From the NCBI GenBank assembly GCA_027021385.1, contig JALUUL010000079.1, positions 126,329-190,328 on the forward strand: a DNA stretch of 64,000 nucleotides. The letters run 5' to 3'. This stretch comes from Planctomycetota bacterium. Its GTDB lineage: Bacteria; Planctomycetota; UBA1135; GCA-002748355. A model generated the notes under the pieces. The model had not been told where the DNA came from. It did not search any database and was given only the letters and a program-made list of their open reading frames with translations. Position numbers and translations under genes: made by a program. This document shows, one piece after another, positions 36,471 to 45,687 of this stretch; within the stretch, counting starts at the first letter, position 1; the number at the start of each line of letters is the position of its first letter.

Positions 36471-37982
36471 ATGACGACCCAGATCACCGGACCGGTCTTC
36501 ACCCGGCATCGCGCTTCCGCAGTGCGCGGCGGCGGAGGGATCTCCAACCCCCAGATGGCCAATGAAGACCTGACGCCATGGCAACCGACGGCGACCGATC
36601 CCTGGGACGAGAAGAAGGCCCGGCACCTCTTCCGCCGGGCCGGCTTCGGAGGACGCCCGAGCGAGATCGCCACCCTCGTCAAGTTGGGGGTGGACCGCGC
36701 GGTGGACCTCTTCCTGGTCGTTCCCAACCTCACGATCCCCGAAACCGGGACACACATGTTGCCCACCGGGGAAGTCCTCAACCTGAGCACCTATTCCGGC
36801 CAGGTCGCGGCCTGGCTGTGGCTCATGGCGAACTCCTCCTGGCAACTCCAGGAGAAGATGGCGCTCTTCTTCCATGACCATTACGCGACCGGGATCAACA
36901 AGGTCCGCTACCCGGAGATGATGGGAAAGCAGATCAACCTGTTCCGAAGGACGGCGCTCGGACGCTTCCGGGACCAGTTGATCGCCGTCTCCGCGGATCC
37001 CGCGATGCTCTACTGGCTCGACAACCGCCTCAACCGTCGGGGGAGGCCGAATGAGAACTACGGTCGGGAGATCATGGAGCTGTTCTCGATGGGGGTCGGG
37101 AACGGATACACCGAAAACGACGTGAAGGAAGCTGCGCGGGCCTTCACCGGCTGGACGGCGATTCTCGGCTACTTCTATTTCAACCCCTCGGCGCATGACT
37201 CGGGGAACAAGACCTTCCTGGGTTCGACGATCACCGGAAGAACGGGAACCTCCGGGGTCCTCGAGGGCTTCGATGTCGTCGACATCATCCTCAAGCAGAA
37301 GGCGCCGGCCGAGTTCATGGTCAAGAAGATCTGGGAGTGGTTCGTCTACGAGAACCCGAGCCGGGTCCTGATCACGAAGCTGGCGAACAGGTTCCGGCAG
37401 GACGGCTACAACTTCCGATCTTTGATGGAGTTGATCTTCCGTTCGAAGGCTTTCTATTCCTCCTCGGCGATGAAGGCCCTCGTCAAGAACCCGGTCGAAT
37501 ACGTTATCGGGGCCCTTCGGAACACCGATCAGCGCAACGTCAGCTACACGAGGGTCGCGAACCGATTCCTCCGCATGGGGTGGCCGCTGCTCAACTTCGC
37601 GGGTCCCGACGGCCTGCCCGACGGCACGTCTTGGATCAATTCCCAAAACGTCATCAATCGATCCAACTTTGCCTCCGAACTCAATACCCGGAGCACGAGG
37701 GGCTATCTGCGGACCGTCATCAGCGGGTTCTACCTGAACCGCCATGATTGGGTGGCCGAAGCCAAGACCCTGGGGCTCACGACTCCGACGAAGATCGTCG
37801 ACCACTACCTGAAACGGCTCGTGGACGGGGAAGTGCCCGCCTCCGTCAGGACGGCCTTGATCGATTACATGACCCGGACCGACACGGGTCGGCTCACCTG
37901 GAATCTGACGCTCTACGGACAGCAGAAGATCTCCGGGCTCGTTTACCTGATCATGAATCTTCCCGAATACCACATGAACTGA
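36471..37982 (+). CDS. DUF1800 family protein
   Basis: HLFRRAGFG, LQEKMALFFHDHY, DPAMLYWLDN..N....PNENYGREIMELFSMG, ARAFTGW. Confidence 0.93.
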   Translation: MTTQITGPVFTRHRASAVRGGGGISNPQMANEDLTPWQPTATDPWDEKKARHLFRRAGFGGRPSEIATLVKLGVDRAVDLFLVVPNLTIPETGTHMLPTGEVLNLSTYSGQVAAWLWLMANSSWQLQEKMALFFHDHYATGINKVRYPEMMGKQINLFRRTALGRFRDQLIAVSADPAMLYWLDNRLNRRGRPNENYGREIMELFSMGVGNGYTENDVKEAARAFTGWTAILGYFYFNPSAHDSGNKTFLGSTITGRTGTSGVLEGFDVVDIILKQKAPAEFMVKKIWEWFVYENPSRVLITKLANRFRQDGYNFRSLMELIFRSKAFYSSSAMKALVKNPVEYVIGALRNTDQRNVSYTRVANRFLRMGWPLLNFAGPDGLPDGTSWINSQNVINRSNFASELNTRSTRGYLRTVISGFYLNRHDWVAEAKTLGLTTPTKIVDHYLKRLVDGEVPASVRTALIDYMTRTDTGRLTWNLTLYGQQKISGLVYLIMNLPEYHMN

Positions 37983-37992
37983 GGAGGCGACG

Positions 37993-39264
37993 ATGGAAAC
38001 CACGAGACGAGAACTCCTCGCGGGCGGCCTCGGCGCCGGCCTCGCACTCCCCCTGGTCCGGGGCGGGCTCGCCCCTTCCTGGATGACCGCCGGGAGCGGC
38101 ACGGAAGACATCCTGGTCATCCTGCAGCTTCGTGGAGGGAATGACTTCATCCACAACCTTTTCCATCCAGACGAGCCGAAGTACGCCGCCGCGCGGCCGA
38201 CCTTGAAGATTCCGAAGACCAAGGCCATCCAGCTGCAGACCAACGGGGCCCTGTACCTGAATCCGAACCTGGCCGCGTTCAAGGCCCTGTTCGATGCCGG
38301 AGATCTGGCGATCATCCCCGGGGTCGGCTACCCCAATCCCAACTTTTCCCATTTCCGCTCCCTCGACATCTGGGCGACGGCGGATCCTACGGCCACCTCG
38401 GCCTATTCCGGGTGGCTGGCCCGTTACCTGCAGAAGGCCTATACGGGAGGGTTCGGCGTGCCGGCGATGGACTTTGAGAGTTCCCTGAACCGCTGGTTCA
38501 CCGGGAATCCCGTCCCCACGTTCACGAGCATCTCGACCTTCCAGTTCCTTCCGGATCCCGCGACCAGTTTCGATCGGAAGCTGGAGATCGCGCTCCTCGA
38601 GTCGAATGCGAAGGCCCTGCGCCCTCTGGCGGGCCCCAACCTGAAGTTCGTCGCGAATGCCGTCGGGAAGACCCCCGGGGATGTCGGCCTGATCCAGAAG
38701 ACGGGCGCCAACTACAAGCCCCTGGTCACCTATCCCTCCGCGAATTCGAAGGAGCGCGCGGTCTCGAAATACCTCCAGATGGCGGCCCGCTACATCACCG
38801 GCGGCCTCCGTACGCATCTCTACCAGATGTCCATCGGAGGTTTCGACAACCATGCGAACGAGGTCACCTCGACGGATCCGACCGCCGGAACCCTGAACGA
38901 GTTGCTCGCGGCGGTGAGCAAGGGGGTCAAGGCCTTCCTGGACGATCTCAAGAAACAGGGGGTGACCCGGAAGGTCGTTGTCATGGTCTTCTCGGAGTTC
39001 GGCCGCCGGGTCGGCGAGAACGGGAACCTGGGAACCGACCACGGAGCGGCGGGCATCACCTACGTCGCGGGAACCCCCGTCAAGGGCGGACTCCATGGCG
39101 CCTATCCGGACTGGACGAAATACAGCGGGCCCGCGTGGAACCGCGTGAACTTCGCCTACACGACGGATTTCCGTTCGGTCTATGCGACCTTCCTTGAGAG
39201 GTACTGGCTCGTGAACTCCGCGCTGGTCCTCGGGAAGAAGTGGACCCCGCTCTCCTTCCTGTGA
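37993..39264 (+). CDS. DUF1501 family Tat-exported protein
   Basis: TRRELL Tat motif, LQLRGGND, GYPNPNFSHFRS, GGFDNH, SEFGRR..EN...GTDHG, DFRSVYA. Confidence 0.93.
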   Translation: METTRRELLAGGLGAGLALPLVRGGLAPSWMTAGSGTEDILVILQLRGGNDFIHNLFHPDEPKYAAARPTLKIPKTKAIQLQTNGALYLNPNLAAFKALFDAGDLAIIPGVGYPNPNFSHFRSLDIWATADPTATSAYSGWLARYLQKAYTGGFGVPAMDFESSLNRWFTGNPVPTFTSISTFQFLPDPATSFDRKLEIALLESNAKALRPLAGPNLKFVANAVGKTPGDVGLIQKTGANYKPLVTYPSANSKERAVSKYLQMAARYITGGLRTHLYQMSIGGFDNHANEVTSTDPTAGTLNELLAAVSKGVKAFLDDLKKQGVTRKVVVMVFSEFGRRVGENGNLGTDHGAAGITYVAGTPVKGGLHGAYPDWTKYSGPAWNRVNFAYTTDFRSVYATFLERYWLVNSALVLGKKWTPLSFL

Positions 39265-39298
39265 TCCGGCCCTGGGGGAAGGGTACGGCAGCCGGGGA

Positions 39299-40969
39299 TT
39301 ACCTCTCCGGCTTCTCCTTCCCTTCTCCGCCGGGGTTCCCGGGATCCTCGTCCTGGAGCCGGAGTTCGACCGGGTCCGGGCCCGGGAGGATCCATGACCT
39401 CCGTGCGAGTTCGGACCGCGTTCCGCGGCTTCGCTGGGCTTCGCAGCGAAAACCGAGGTCGGGAGGGAGCCCGTCGAACTGGAATTCCCCCCGCTCATCG
39501 CTCAGAAGATCCTTGCGCAACAGGGCGAGGATTGGGGACTCCTTTACTCCGGCGACCGGCCTCAACCTGACGACTACTCCGGGGGCGGGGCGACCGTCGG
39601 GGGCCTTCACGATCCCGTGGATCCTCGCTCCCTTGTCGAGTTCCAGGTGGAGTTCCGATTCCTCGCCCGCCCGGATCCGGATCTCCGCTGCAGCCGGCAC
39701 GAGACGCGGCCCCGTCGCGAGGACGAGGTGCCTTCCGGCCGGGAGCCGTGGCAGATAAGCGCGCCCCCTCCGGTCGGGGAAGGCGAGCCTGGAGGGGAGC
39801 AGAGAGGTCCAGTCCGCGGCCAATCCCTCGAGGGATCGCGGGCGGATCCGGAGCCTGAGGTCGAACGGAGGGGAAAGGTCGTTCGTCCGGACCTCGAGGG
39901 CGAGGGAGCCGGTCGGGATTCTTGAGAATCCCGCCGTGCGGGCCCCGCTGCGGACCGGAGCGAGGTAACGGAAGGAAGTCCCCGCGGACTCCAGGAGGAG
40001 GTCACCCGGGGGCAGCCCGGCCAGGGTCCGGGCTCGGGGTTCCAGGTAGCAGTCGAAGCGGGAGGGGAGCGGGCCCGCCCTCCGATGCCCGAGGATGTGG
40101 AGAGGGGGGCGGGGGGAGGGGAGTCCCTCGAGTTCGAGTGTCCTCGGAGTCCAGGGGGGAAGATCCAGGACCCTGTCCTCTCCTTCCGCGGGGAGGGCGA
40201 GGTCGAAGGCGGGCCCGGTCCCGGCCCGGGATTCCCAGCGGACCCGGAGAAGGAGGCCCAGGGCCGGGATCGTGCAGGGGCCCTCCCCTGGATCGAGGAA
40301 GGCCGCTCCGGGAGGGGCGAAGGAGGTCGGGAGACGGAGACGCCCTCCCTCGGGAACCCGGGCCTCGGGGAAGAAGACCCTGCGCGGGGGCGACCAGCGG
40401 GGGCGGATCGTGAAAGTTTCCCGGGGCCGGAGACGCAACTCGGCCTTCCAGGAGAAGGCGTCCTCCCGGACCAGGAGGAGCCGGTAGGGGCCCGGGGGAA
40501 GGAGCAGGCGGAGTCCCCGGCCTTCATCCGAGGTTCCGTGGAGATGGAGAAAGGATCCTCCGGTCTCCCGATCCCTGGCGAAGCAGGTCCATCGGAAACG
40601 GTGCCCGGGGTCTCCGGGGATCACGAGCGTGGAGGCGGGAAAGAGACGGAGCGCCGAGAGGGAATGGGGACTCCTGCGGTGAAGGATCGTGGAGACCCGT
40701 CCCTCCCCCGGGGCGACCGCCCAGATCCGGTAGAGGTTCCCGGGGGGGACCTTGAGTCTCCATCGATTCCGGGAATCCGTCCGGGTTTCGTAGATCTTCG
40801 TCCGGCCGAAACCCGGATCGGAGGGGAGGTCCGTCTCGAAGACCTCCTCTTCGGCTCGGGCGAGCACGAGGGTCCTTCCTGGCGAACCCCCCTCCACCCT
40901 CCCTCGCAACACGAGCCCTCCCGCCGGGGTCTGCGCCTGGCAGAGGAAGAGGGGGAGGAGGAGGAGCAT
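39299..40969 (-). CDS. Secreted protein with carboxypeptidase-regulatory-like (prealbumin-fold) domains
   Basis: Signal peptide; repeated LPPGPYRL / IHGIVKAPDGRPAPGVVV / SDERGEFQFDGLPP motifs. Confidence 0.7.
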   Translation of the reverse strand: MLLLLPLFLCQAQTPAGGLVLRGRVEGGSPGRTLVLARAEEEVFETDLPSDPGFGRTKIYETRTDSRNRWRLKVPPGNLYRIWAVAPGEGRVSTILHRRSPHSLSALRLFPASTLVIPGDPGHRFRWTCFARDRETGGSFLHLHGTSDEGRGLRLLLPPGPYRLLLVREDAFSWKAELRLRPRETFTIRPRWSPPRRVFFPEARVPEGGRLRLPTSFAPPGAAFLDPGEGPCTIPALGLLLRVRWESRAGTGPAFDLALPAEGEDRVLDLPPWTPRTLELEGLPSPRPPLHILGHRRAGPLPSRFDCYLEPRARTLAGLPPGDLLLESAGTSFRYLAPVRSGARTAGFSRIPTGSLALEVRTNDLSPPFDLRLRIRPRSLEGLAADWTSLLPSRLAFPDRRGRAYLPRLPAGRHLVLATGPRLVPAAAEIRIRAGEESELHLELDKGARIHGIVKAPDGRPAPGVVVRLRPVAGVKESPILALLRKDLLSDERGEFQFDGLPPDLGFRCEAQRSRGTRSELARRSWILPGPDPVELRLQDEDPGNPGGEGKEKPER

Positions 40970-40973
40970 CGGA

Positions 40974-41606
40974 TCAGAGTTCGGATCGCCGCGTCAGGAT
41001 CCGGGAGACGAGGCCGTAGTCGACGGCTTCCTCCGCGTCCAGCCAGAAGTCGCGGGAGGCGTCTTCCAGGACCTCCGCTTCCTTCTTCCCCGTGGCCTCG
41101 GAGACGATGTGGTTGTAGCGGTCCCTGAGCTTGAGGACCTGCTGGGCGGTGATCCGCAGGTCCGAGGCGGTCCCCTGCCCCGCGGTCGAGGGCTGGTGGA
41201 TCAGGAAGCGGCTGTGGGGGAGACAGAGCCTAGACTCCCGGTCGCCGGCCAGGAAGACGAGGACGGCGGCCGAGGCGCAGAGCCCGTTCACGATCGTCCG
41301 CACCGGGCAGCGGACGAAGCGGATCATGTCGTACATCGCGAAACCCGAGTCCGCGCTCCCCCCGGGGGAATTGATGTAGACGGAGATCGGGGATTCCGGA
41401 TCCTTGTCCTCGAGGAGGAGAAGCTGTCCGACCACCGTCCGGCACATCTTGTCGGTCACGGGGCCGCTGACCAGGAGGGTCCGCGATTCGAGGAGTTCAT
41501 GCTCGATCCCCGGGGACCAGGGCCCTTCGCGCTTCTGGGTCTCCTCGTCGTCTTGCTGGCGGGTCGGGGTGCCGGTGATGTCCACGCGAGTCCTGTCCTG
41601 AACCAT
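40974..41606 (-). CDS. clpP: ATP-dependent Clp protease proteolytic subunit
   Basis: YINSPGG, CASAA (Ser), LIHQP (His), RDFWL..EEAVDYGLV (Asp); start reassigned to ATG 41606. Confidence 0.95.
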   Translation of the reverse strand: MVQDRTRVDITGTPTRQQDDEETQKREGPWSPGIEHELLESRTLLVSGPVTDKMCRTVVGQLLLLEDKDPESPISVYINSPGGSADSGFAMYDMIRFVRCPVRTIVNGLCASAAVLVFLAGDRESRLCLPHSRFLIHQPSTAGQGTASDLRITAQQVLKLRDRYNHIVSEATGKKEAEVLEDASRDFWLDAEEAVDYGLVSRILTRRSEL

Positions 41607-42374
41607 GCTCGTTCGATACCTCGGGTTGGGGCGGGTGTTCCGCCGGGTTGTCGGGGTCCTGCGCTCCCGCCCTCGGAGGCCGGATTCCCCGGCCCCCGCG
41701 GGAGGAGAACGTCCGGACCCGCCGGATGTTCTCGGGTTCCCATTCTTAGGGCCCCTTTCCTTATCGACCAAGCATTCCCCTCTCCGGAGGGTCCGGGGCC
41801 GCGAGACCGAAGTCCCGATGGGGCGGAGGGATTCGGCTCCCGGGGCTCGGAGGGGAGGGCCGGGAAGGGGAAGGAGGGGGGAGACTCCGGGAATTTTTCG
41901 TCCCTCGCTGGCGGATCTCCATGGTCTGTGCTAACAAGGTAGCAGCGATCCCCGGCGGAAGCCGGGAGCTCGCGACGGGAGAAGCGGGAGGCTTCCCCCG
42001 TAAACGGCAAGGATCCTACGATCGGGGCTAAGGAGCCCCCCTGCCGATGGTCGAAACGATCCATGCCGGTCGTCCACCCGGACTCCCGACCTTTCCGGCG
42101 CCGCCGCTCTCGAAAAGAAGTGACGGGGCTGTGCGGAGGGAGACCGCCGAATCCAGGGACCCCGTTCCGGATGCGGCGAGGAGTCCGTTCGAATGCGGGA
42201 TTTCCGCGGAGCGCGGTCCCGGCCGCAGGCTCCGCATCCAACTGCAGAATGGAAAAGGGTGACCTCGGAGCCGGGCGGTTTCCGGAGTGACCCGCACACG
42301 TTCGCCAACCCTTGGTAAGCACCGGTCCGGTTTCCTCCTGCGGAGGGGCCGGGAGCGTGCAAGGAAGGTCCGTG

Positions 42375-43616
42375 TTGACCGAGACCACCACGAACACGAA
42401 GAAGAAGCCGTACGGAAACAAACGGCGAGGGAACCGCCGGAGGAACCAGAGAAAACGCCGGCTCAGTCCCAACCAGATGCCCAAGATCGAAGGGCCGACC
42501 GAACCCGGCGGCGGAGTCCTCGAACTCCAGAACGACGGGAGCGGCTTCCTCCGATTCTATGAGAACAGCTACCTGGCCGGAGAGGAGGATATCTACGTTC
42601 CCCCGTTCCTGATCCGAACCCACGGGCTCCAGTACGGGTCCTACATCGAGGGCCTGGTCGCCCAGCCTCGTAAGCCCGGCCAGAAGCGGCTGCTGGCCGA
42701 GGTCACGAAGGTCGACGGGATGGATCCCGAGGAGAGGCGGAAGCTCCCCCCCTTCGGGCGCCTGACCGTCGTCGATCCCCAGCCCCAATTCGTTCTCGAA
42801 TCCGGGGACGGGGACCTGAGCCTTAGGATCGTGGACCTTCTCGCCCCGATCGGATACGGGCAGCGGGGCCTGATCGTCGCCCCCCCGCGTTCCGGCAAGA
42901 CCGTCCTTCTTCAGAAGGTTTCGAATGCGATCGCTCAGGCCGACCCCGACTGCCACCTCATCGTCCTCCTGATCGACGAACGCCCCGAGGAGGCCACGGG
43001 CTGGCGCAGGTCGGTGGGGGACGGCGGGGAAGTGCTCGTCTCGACCCTGGACGAGGGGCCCCGGAACCACGTCAAGCTCTCCGAGATCACCCTCCAGCGG
43101 GCCATGCGGTTGGTCGAATGCGGGAAGGACGTCGTCATCGTCCTGGACTCGATCACCCGGCTCGCCCGCGCCTACAACTCGGAGAATCGAGGCGGCGGAG
43201 GCATCCTCTCCGGCGGGCTCGGGGCCAAGGTCCTCGAAAAGCCGAAGAAGTTCTTCGGCTCCGCCCGCAACATCGAGAACGGCGGTTCCCTGACGATCCT
43301 GGGGACGGCCCTGATCGAGACCGGTTCGAAGATGGACACCGTGATTTTCGAGGAGTTCAAGGGGACAGGGAACATGGAACTGGTCCTGTCCCGGCAACTC
43401 GCCGAGCGGAGGATCTTCCCCGCCTTCGACATCGAACTCTCGGGAACCCGCAAGGAGGAACTCCTGCTGCCGAAGCCCGTCCTCGATCGGGTCTACACCC
43501 TGAGGCGGGTCCTCGCGACGATGCATTCCCTGGATTCGATGCCCCTGCTCCTCGAGAAACTGGGCCAGACCAAGAGCAACGCCGAGTTTCTGGCTTCCTT
43601 CCGGGTGAACCAGTAG
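42375..43616 (+). CDS. rho: Transcription termination factor Rho
   Basis: GFLR, DIYV, PIGYGQRGLIVAPPRSGKT, LLIDERPEE, DSITRLARAYN, EEFKGTGNME; start near the AAGGAAGG RBS (42372/42375). Confidence 0.97.
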   Translation: MTETTTNTKKKPYGNKRRGNRRRNQRKRRLSPNQMPKIEGPTEPGGGVLELQNDGSGFLRFYENSYLAGEEDIYVPPFLIRTHGLQYGSYIEGLVAQPRKPGQKRLLAEVTKVDGMDPEERRKLPPFGRLTVVDPQPQFVLESGDGDLSLRIVDLLAPIGYGQRGLIVAPPRSGKTVLLQKVSNAIAQADPDCHLIVLLIDERPEEATGWRRSVGDGGEVLVSTLDEGPRNHVKLSEITLQRAMRLVECGKDVVIVLDSITRLARAYNSENRGGGGILSGGLGAKVLEKPKKFFGSARNIENGGSLTILGTALIETGSKMDTVIFEEFKGTGNMELVLSRQLAERRIFPAFDIELSGTRKEELLLPKPVLDRVYTLRRVLATMHSLDSMPLLLEKLGQTKSNAEFLASFRVNQ

Positions 43617-43972
43617 GGACCGGGACCCGCTCCAAAGCCTCGTCTTCGGGCGGTGTCGAGTTCGGTTTTCGCAGAAAGTCCGGAAGGTCCCCCGGGGAGG
43701 CCGGGCGTTTCCCCTCGAAAAGAGCCCCGGGGCGGGAGTATCCCATCCGGAAATGCGTCGGGCGGGGCCTGGTCTCTTGCAAGCCTTTCCGGGGACCCGA
43801 GCTTCGTTGACAGTCCGAAGGAAGGTTCCTACTCTCTTCCCTCCCTTTGGTTTCCGTCCGTCCGGTCCCCTCCCCCCCGAATCCCGGGACCGGCGGTTCC
43901 GAGGGGGTCCGTCCCCCTCCGACCGCCCGGCGGAAAGCCGGATTCCCGGATCCTTCTGAGAGCGATACGCCG

Positions 43973-44950
43973 ATGATCCAGGTTGAGAATCTCGTCAAGT
44001 ACTACGGGACCTTCGCGGCCCTCCAGGGGATCGATTTCCAGGTCCCCTCGGGGCAGGTGCTCGGCTTCCTCGGACCCAACGGAGCCGGCAAATCGACGAC
44101 GATGAAGATCCTGACCGGCTACCTGATCCCCAGTTCGGGAACGGTCACGATCGACGGCATCGACGTCCTCGAGGATCCGATCCGGGTCCGGAAGAAGGTC
44201 GGCTATCTCCCCGAGAACAACCCTCTCTACCACGACATGCGGGTCGACGATTACCTGGGGTTCATCGCCGACGTCCGCGGAATGTCGTCGGGCGGAAGCA
44301 AGACCTCCGCGATCGACCGTGTCGTCGATGTCTGCGGCCTGAAGCGGGTCTGGCGGAAGGGGATCAAGGAGCTGTCGAAGGGTTTCCGGCAGAGGGTCGG
44401 CCTCGCCCAGGCGATGATCCACGACCCCGAGATCCTGATCCTCGACGAACCGACCTCGGGACTCGATCCGAACCAGATCGTCGAAATCCGCGAGCTGATC
44501 CGCTCCCTCGGGGCGGACCGGACCGTTCTCCTCTCGACGCACTACCTCCAGGAGGTCGAGGCCACATGCGATCGGATCATGATCATCGCCCATGGCCGGA
44601 TCGTCGCGGACGGCACCCTCGAGGAGCTGACGGGCAGCCTCCCTCCCGGCGAACTGAAGGTCACGGTCAAGGGGCCCAGGGAGGATGTCGAGAAGCAGTT
44701 CGCCGAACTCTTCCCCGGAGGGGAGGTCCGCTTCCGGCCGGCCGAACACGACGGCGAGGTGTCCCTGCGGATCGAATCCAAGCCGGAAAACGACGAAAAC
44801 GTGCTCGAGGCCGTCTTCGACCTCGCCAAGGGGAATGGATGGAAGCTGCTCGAACTCCACAGGGAGAATGCGACCCTCGAGCAGGTCTTCCGCAGGCTGA
44901 CGATGGATCCGGTCGAACAACCGCTCGTCATGGGAGGTTCCGGTGTCTGA
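43973..44950 (+). CDS. ABC transporter ATP-binding protein (GldA-like)
   Basis: GPNGAGKST, LSKGFRQRVGLAQA, ILDEPTSGLDPNQ. Confidence 0.93.
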   Translation: MIQVENLVKYYGTFAALQGIDFQVPSGQVLGFLGPNGAGKSTTMKILTGYLIPSSGTVTIDGIDVLEDPIRVRKKVGYLPENNPLYHDMRVDDYLGFIADVRGMSSGGSKTSAIDRVVDVCGLKRVWRKGIKELSKGFRQRVGLAQAMIHDPEILILDEPTSGLDPNQIVEIRELIRSLGADRTVLLSTHYLQEVEATCDRIMIIAHGRIVADGTLEELTGSLPPGELKVTVKGPREDVEKQFAELFPGGEVRFRPAEHDGEVSLRIESKPENDENVLEAVFDLAKGNGWKLLELHRENATLEQVFRRLTMDPVEQPLVMGGSGV

Positions 44951-45668
44951 TACCCTGGTGATCCTCAAGCGCGAGTTCCGCTCCTATTTCCTCTCCCCGA
45001 TCGCCTACGTCGTCGGCGCCCTCTTCCTCGGCATCGGCGGATGGCTGTTCTTCGAGGGCCTGTTCTTCGATACGGGACAGGCGGCCGAAGCCAAGATGGA
45101 GTCCTACTTCGGTCTTCTTCCCCTCTTCTTCATGGTCCTCGTGCCGGCGCTCTCGATGCGGCTCTGGGCCGAGGAGCGGAAGCTGGGGACCCTGGAACTC
45201 CTGATGACCTTCCCGGTCAAGACGATGCACCTGATCCTCGGGAAGTTCTGCGGAGCGCTCTGCTTCGTCGCCGTGCTCCTGGCCCTGACCCTGTTCTACC
45301 CCGTGACCCTGGCGTCCCTGGGCAACCTGGATTGGGGGCCGGTGCTCGGGGGCTATCTCGCGACCCTGCTCCTGGCCGCTTCCTACCTCGCGCTGGGGAT
45401 GTTCATTTCGAGCCTGACGCAGGACCAGATCATCGCCCTCCTCGTGACGGTCTCGGTCCTCCTCCTCCTGATCCTGATGCGGCAGGTCGGCATGCTCATC
45501 GGTCCGTGGTGGGCCGAGGTCTTCGCGATCGCGAGCCCCCGCGAACATTTCAGTTCGATCGCCCGCGGAGTCATCGATCTCCGCGACATGCTCTATTACG
45601 GCGCCTTCTGCGGGTTCTTCCTCTACCTGAATTCCCTGGTCCTCGAGGCCAAGAAGCAAGTCGGCTGA
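44943..45668 (+). CDS. ABC-2 permease (GldF-like)
   Basis: REFRSYFLSPIAY, MRLWAEERKLGTLELLMT, six TM helices. Confidence 0.92.
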   Translation: MSDTLVILKREFRSYFLSPIAYVVGALFLGIGGWLFFEGLFFDTGQAAEAKMESYFGLLPLFFMVLVPALSMRLWAEERKLGTLELLMTFPVKTMHLILGKFCGALCFVAVLLALTLFYPVTLASLGNLDWGPVLGGYLATLLLAASYLALGMFISSLTQDQIIALLVTVSVLLLLILMRQVGMLIGPWWAEVFAIASPREHFSSIARGVIDLRDMLYYGAFCGFFLYLNSLVLEAKKQVG

Positions 45669-45687
45669 GGCGAGGGAGGGTGCGAAG

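Noticed and set aside
41931-41946. CTAACAAGGTAGC resembles the 16S rRNA 3' region
   Set aside because: The match is short and has no flanking rRNA sequence.
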